Positions 48,305 through 52,256 of a DNA stretch of 52,256 nt are shown piece after piece; position 1 is the stretch's first letter; each line of letters begins with the position of its first letter. The position numbers and the translations under genes were made by a program. A model generated the notes under the pieces. It had not been told where the DNA came from and did no database searches. It was given only the letters and a program-made list of their open reading frames with translations. This stretch comes from Limisphaerales bacterium (GTDB lineage Bacteria; Patescibacteriota; Microgenomatia; UBA1406; GWC2-37-13): positions 1 to 52,256 of the forward strand of contig JBIKWE010000001.1 in NCBI GenBank assembly GCA_044356445.1, in the 5' to 3' direction.

Positions 48305-48492
48305 CATTAGGTCTTCATAAGAATCTTCTTTACATTTTTTTATAAATTTCATCTACATGAATTTATATTTAAAATAGAAAAAATAGTAAGAACATAAATC
48401 TATAAGAATAGTATGTTTTTATAATACCCTTTAAACTCATTCTTTAATAATTCATAGCCCGTAAACAATTTAGCAGATTTTGTTTTTGAGAT

Positions 48493-48513
48493 AATTGATT
48501 CGTTAAATCAATT
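48493..48513. promoter_or_regulatory. Perfect inverted repeat AATTGATT-N5-AATCAATT overlapping the -35 box
   Basis: Arms at 48493-48500 and 48506-48513. The right arm overlaps TTGACA (48512-48517). Candidate operator. Confidence 0.3.
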
Positions 48514-48539
48514 GACAAACAAAGGGCAAATGCTATAAT
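48512..48539 (+). promoter_or_regulatory. Near-consensus extended -10 promoter (TTGACA-16 nt incl. TGc-TATAAT) of the CooC-like/PLP operon
   Basis: TTGACA at 48512-48517, TG at 48531-48532, TATAAT at 48534-48539. Unlike most operons here, it predicts a leader of about 38 nt before ATG 48584. Confidence 0.6.
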
Positions 48540-48545
48540 CTTTAT

Positions 48546-48560
48546 TGCAACATATTTGCA
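48546..48560. promoter_or_regulatory. Palindrome TGCAA-N5-TTGCA at the predicted transcription start or leader
   Basis: Arms at 48546-48550 and 48556-48560. Same core and spacing as the znu promoter palindrome (39670-39686). Confidence 0.3.
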
Positions 48561-48583
48561 TTTATATATTTACATTTTAAATT

Positions 48584-49528
48584 ATGAGAATTGGATTTTT
48601 AGGAAAAGGAGGAAGTGGTAAATCAACGCTTTCTGCCTCATATATCACATATCTTGTTAAAAAAAAACAATCTGTAATTGCTATTGATGCAGATGTGAAT
48701 GTTCATCTTGCAAAAATGTTGGTACCAAAATCAACAGATATAAGAACCATCGGTAGCAATTTTCTTGAAGTCAGTAAGTATCTAAAAGGTAAACGAAAAG
48801 GTATAAGCACCATGGTGGCTACCACTCCACCATCACTGCAATCACGATTTATTTATCCAAATAAAGATGATGCCTTTATTCGCAAATTTGGGGTACAAAT
48901 TAATGACTATCTATCACTTTTAACCATTGGGACTTACGACGAATCTGACGTTGGACACACCTGTTATCATGGAAAATTAAATACGCTTGAAGCAATATAT
49001 CATCACATGCTTGATAATGAGTATAGTCACGTTGTTGCTGATGCGACAGCAGGAATTGATAATTTAGGAACATCACTCTTTTTTGCATATGATTTGAATG
49101 TATTTATTGTAGAGCCAACACTAAAAAGTATTCAAGTGTATAAAGAATTTAAAAAAATTTCTGATAAAGAGGGCTTGCATACAGTTGCCATTATCAATAA
49201 ATGCGAACAAGAAGATGAAGTCTTTATTCATAAACATATCGATACAAAAAGTATTATTGGATATGTGCCATATTCAACTTATATAAAAAAAATGGAGCAA
49301 GGAAAAGCGTCGGCCTTTGATAGTTTTATTGAAGAACAGAAAGCTGTATTTACATCTCTAGAAAATTATATAAAAGAATCAGTTAAAAAAGATTGGAACA
49401 TTTATTACAAACGGCTTCTTGAAGTACACATTAAAAACTCAAAAGAGTGGTGGAATGATTATTTTCACGAAGAAATTGATAAGCAAGAAGATAAAAAATT
49501 TTCTTATGAAAAAGTATTTACCATATAA
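48584..49528 (+). CDS. CooC-family (MinD/ParA-class) P-loop ATPase, Cys-x-His variant, with C-terminal extension
   Basis: Deviant Walker A GKGGSGKST, AIDADVNVHL, GHTCYHGKLN in place of the CooC ..C-x-C.. metal motif, VVADATAGIDNLG, FIVEPT, INKC, GYVPYS. The last 60 aa or so have no counterpart in the CooC I remember. Confidence 0.8.
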   Translation: MRIGFLGKGGSGKSTLSASYITYLVKKKQSVIAIDADVNVHLAKMLVPKSTDIRTIGSNFLEVSKYLKGKRKGISTMVATTPPSLQSRFIYPNKDDAFIRKFGVQINDYLSLLTIGTYDESDVGHTCYHGKLNTLEAIYHHMLDNEYSHVVADATAGIDNLGTSLFFAYDLNVFIVEPTLKSIQVYKEFKKISDKEGLHTVAIINKCEQEDEVFIHKHIDTKSIIGYVPYSTYIKKMEQGKASAFDSFIEEQKAVFTSLENYIKESVKKDWNIYYKRLLEVHIKNSKEWWNDYFHEEIDKQEDKKFSYEKVFTI

Positions 49529-50933
49529 CCAAATAATTACACCAAAAATACATCCTGATGTGGCATATTTCATTGATCACTTTACTTCAGTGATTATAGA
49601 AAAAACAACAGATTCATTAGGTGTATTACATGTTGTTTTTCCTCATGTAGTAACAGAAAGAATTGAAACAATGCAAAAATATTTTGCAGAAAACAACACA
49701 AATGTTCAAATATACGCTGCACATAAACCAACTCGCTCTACCGCTTTAATGCGTGCTTTGTATAAAAAAGGAGTTCATGTTGATGTTGCATCTTTAGGAG
49801 AGCTTGAACATGCGCTAAGTATCGGTTGGGATGGAAAAAATATCGAATGCACAGGTTCAAAACATCCTCAATTTATTCAAAAGGCTATAGACGTAGGCGC
49901 ATTAATCAGTGTTGATTCAGTTCATGAATTACAACTTGTTATTGCCTTATCAAAGAAGAAAAATGTTCGGATATTGTTGCGTATTTCTAATCCAAGTTGC
50001 TCTGACAGAAATCAAGTATTGCGCACATCTCGTTTTGGAATTATCAAAGATCGTATAGAATCTTTTGTGTATCCACTTTTAAAAGATAATCAACATATTC
50101 AGCTAATGGGTTTTCATATTCATAACGATGAGCGGGACGCTGATGTAAAGGGAGAATATGTTTTTGATCTGCTTAGCTTGATACAAAAAGCCTATGCACA
50201 AGGATTCTTACCTTCAATTATAAATATTGGAGGCGGTTGGCGAGATACTGAGCTTAGTTATCCAGATCAGTGGCAATCATTTATAGAATCTCTTGAGCAT
50301 AATCTAGTAAAGGGAAAAACGCTAAAGACATGGAGACAAGGGTCTTTTGGTCTTTATCTAAATGAAAAGGGTAGAATTTCCGGAAGAGAAAAGATTCAAG
50401 GAAAATTTTTAGAAATTCCCATGCAAGTAAGTATTTTTAAATTGCTCAACAAGAAGAATAGTGAAGGACACACTGTAAAAGAATTAATTAACGAATCTTT
50501 GTTGCAGCTTATGATTGAACCCGGCTATACGTTATTTACGAGCGCAGGATTTAGTGCCATGACAGTTTTATCGGTTGAAGATAATGCAGACGGCACAAAA
50601 CGTGTAGTTGTTGATGGAAATATGTATGATTTATCAATTCAAATGAGAGAACAATTTTTTGATCCATATTTATTATCTAAACAAGACAAAGACGAAGAAA
50701 CTAATTGGGAGGGTTATATTGTGGGCAACTTATGTCGTGAAGAAGATATGCTACTCAAGCGAGCTGTTAACTTTTCAAAGATACCCGAACCCGGCGATGT
50801 TATTGTTTTTTTAAATACAAGTGCTTACAGTTCTTCATTTGAAACTTCTCATTCTCACATGCATGCTCCTGCAAAGGAGTTGGTCGTATATAAGGAAAAA
50901 AATAATAAGTTTACATACTCTATATCTTTATGA
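49506..50933 (+). CDS. Fold-type III PLP-dependent enzyme, Orn/DAP/Arg-decarboxylase-like
   Basis: AAHKPT (PLP lysine context), HIHNDE, INIGGGW, MIEPGYTLF, GNLCREEDML. Start at ATG 49506 (MKKYLPYN), which overlaps the upstream gene by 23 nt. The track start at 49419 is deeper inside it. Confidence 0.7.
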   Translation: MKKYLPYNQIITPKIHPDVAYFIDHFTSVIIEKTTDSLGVLHVVFPHVVTERIETMQKYFAENNTNVQIYAAHKPTRSTALMRALYKKGVHVDVASLGELEHALSIGWDGKNIECTGSKHPQFIQKAIDVGALISVDSVHELQLVIALSKKKNVRILLRISNPSCSDRNQVLRTSRFGIIKDRIESFVYPLLKDNQHIQLMGFHIHNDERDADVKGEYVFDLLSLIQKAYAQGFLPSIINIGGGWRDTELSYPDQWQSFIESLEHNLVKGKTLKTWRQGSFGLYLNEKGRISGREKIQGKFLEIPMQVSIFKLLNKKNSEGHTVKELINESLLQLMIEPGYTLFTSAGFSAMTVLSVEDNADGTKRVVVDGNMYDLSIQMREQFFDPYLLSKQDKDEETNWEGYIVGNLCREEDMLLKRAVNFSKIPEPGDVIVFLNTSAYSSSFETSHSHMHAPAKELVVYKEKNNKFTYSISL

Positions 50934-52256
50934 TTTATCAAAATATATCTGAATTAATTGGAAACACTCCACTGTTAAAAATAGATCCACATGTTCACGG
51001 TTTAAAAAATATTGATGTGTATGCAAAGCTAGAGTACTATAATCCATTTGGTTCAGTAAAAGACCGTATAGCTCAAGGAATGCTTGAACCAATTCTAAAT
51101 AATTTAAAAAAACATGACAAAACTGTTGTAGAGGCCTCCAGTGGAAATACTGCAAAAGCATTGAGTGCCCTTTGTGGTATTCATTCTTTACGATTTAAAA
51201 CGGTAACAAATAGAATCAAAATGCCCGAGGTCAGAATGATACTACAAACTTTAGGTTCAGAAATTGAGGAACTTCCAGGCCTTTCTGATTGTCCAGACCC
51301 AAATGACCCCAATGACTTTACCACTGTTGCAGCAAATACGGCAAAACAGCACCCTGAAAAATATTATTACACAGATCAATATTTTAATGAGAGAAACCGA
51401 CAAACCCATTATGAAACAACAGGTAAAGAGATAGCGCAAGATTTAGAAAGTGTGGATTATTTTTTTGGATTTTTAGGAACATGCGGTAGCTCCATGGGAG
51501 CGGGTCAATATTTGAAAGAGCATAAAAAAACAAAAGTAGTGGGGGTAGTTGCAGATGCTGGGCACCACATACCCGGTGGAAGAAATATTAATGAATTATG
51601 GGAAGTTGGTTTTTTTGAAAAGGATTTTTATGAAGATATAATCTCTGGTTCGAGCATTGAAGCTATTGAACATATGCTAATTTTAAATAGAAAAGCAGGA
51701 ATGTTATGTGGACCGACGACAGGGCTTACATATGCAGCCACAATACGTCATTTAAAAAAAATTGATTCTATAATTCCAAAAGAAGAAAGGCGTTCGGCTG
51801 TGTTTATTGCTTGTGATAGGTTAGAACCATATATGAGCTATGTGCAACGATATAAACCTGAGTTGTATAGCAATAAAACAACAAGTCGTAAAACTGTTTA
51901 TTCATTATCAGAAGACATTGTTGCAACAGCAAAAACAATAAATGCTCAAGATTTAGAAAAAGAGAAAGATGTGATGGTTATAGACATACGAAGTAGATTT
52001 GCTTATAGAATAGGGTCGATACCAAACTCTATAAATATTATGGATGAATTTCTTGCTCAAATTATTGAGGAAGGGCAGGCATTTCCTATTTCACAAAAAA
52101 TCGTCATTGTGTGTCGTATTGGAGATATCTCCAAGAAGTATGCGGCATTTTTAACTCAAGAAGGCTATGACGCAAAATCTTTAGAAGGAGGGATAACTGC
52201 TTGGCGAGATGCAGGATTTATGTTGAATAGACATTTAAAAAACATTCATGAAAGCA
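50930..52256 (+). CDS. Fold-type II PLP enzyme (CysK/CysM/SbnA-like) fused to a C-terminal rhodanese domain; 3' end beyond the window
   Basis: My own translation; the ORF has no stop in the window, so it is absent from the track. MIYQNISELIGNTPLLKI, NPFGSVKDR (Lys codon 51059-51061), SSGNTAKAL, GTCGSSMG. Rhodanese from about 51936 with active-site loop CRIGDIS (Cys codon 52112-52114). ATGA overlap with the upstream stop. Confidence 0.8.
   Translation, partial: MIYQNISELIGNTPLLKIDPHVHGLKNIDVYAKLEYYNPFGSVKDRIAQGMLEPILNNLKKHDKTVVEASSGNTAKALSALCGIHSLRFKTVTNRIKMPEVRMILQTLGSEIEELPGLSDCPDPNDPNDFTTVAANTAKQHPEKYYYTDQYFNERNRQTHYETTGKEIAQDLESVDYFFGFLGTCGSSMGAGQYLKEHKKTKVVGVVADAGHHIPGGRNINELWEVGFFEKDFYEDIISGSSIEAIEHMLILNRKAGMLCGPTTGLTYAATIRHLKKIDSIIPKEERRSAVFIACDRLEPYMSYVQRYKPELYSNKTTSRKTVYSLSEDIVATAKTINAQDLEKEKDVMVIDIRSRFAYRIGSIPNSINIMDEFLAQIIEEGQAFPISQKIVIVCRIGDISKKYAAFLTQEGYDAKSLEGGITAWRDAGFMLNRHLKNIHES

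Overview
AT-rich (roughly one-third G+C by eye), very gene-dense bacterial chromosomal window read with the standard code. I call about 60 CDS and 7 tRNA genes. I see no rRNA, CRISPR array, transposase, integrase or phage genes. Content is mostly core housekeeping. It holds a compact dcw cluster (murD-ftsW-murG-ftsQ-ftsA-ftsZ) preceded by a PP-loop protein, then ileS, a second SEDS protein, rplU-rpmA and lepB. Next come a small envelope-glycosylation cluster, lemA-htpX, gatCAB, and dnaE translationally coupled to a complete F1Fo ATP synthase operon. These are followed by topA, pyrG, rplS, a thioredoxin/CcdA pair, greA, znuABC with ddl coupled to it, rsmI and uvrB. Short proteins, tight or overlapping gene junctions and the lack of Shine-Dalgarno sequences suggest a small-genome uncultivated lineage such as CPR/Patescibacteria; this is inference only. 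The best candidate for an undescribed system is the operon at 48.6-52.3 kb, cut by the window end. It lies behind two tRNA-Pro genes and a 280-bp regulatory spacer. It encodes a CooC-family metallochaperone-type ATPase whose Cys-x-Cys metal motif reads Cys-x-His, a fold-type III PLP decarboxylase-like enzyme with a large insertion, and a CysK/CysM/SbnA-like PLP enzyme fused to a catalytic rhodanese. Other notable points: a pervasive leaderless-mRNA promoter architecture (-10 box 5-9 nt before the ATG, including one shared bidirectional -10); two tRNA-to-CDS junctions of 1-3 nt; a possible MurL/MurD2-type route for peptidoglycan D-Glu; a half-length ATP synthase delta subunit; a His/Glu-rich insertion in subunit a; and echoes of the tRNA-Glu 3' end in a structured trailer.
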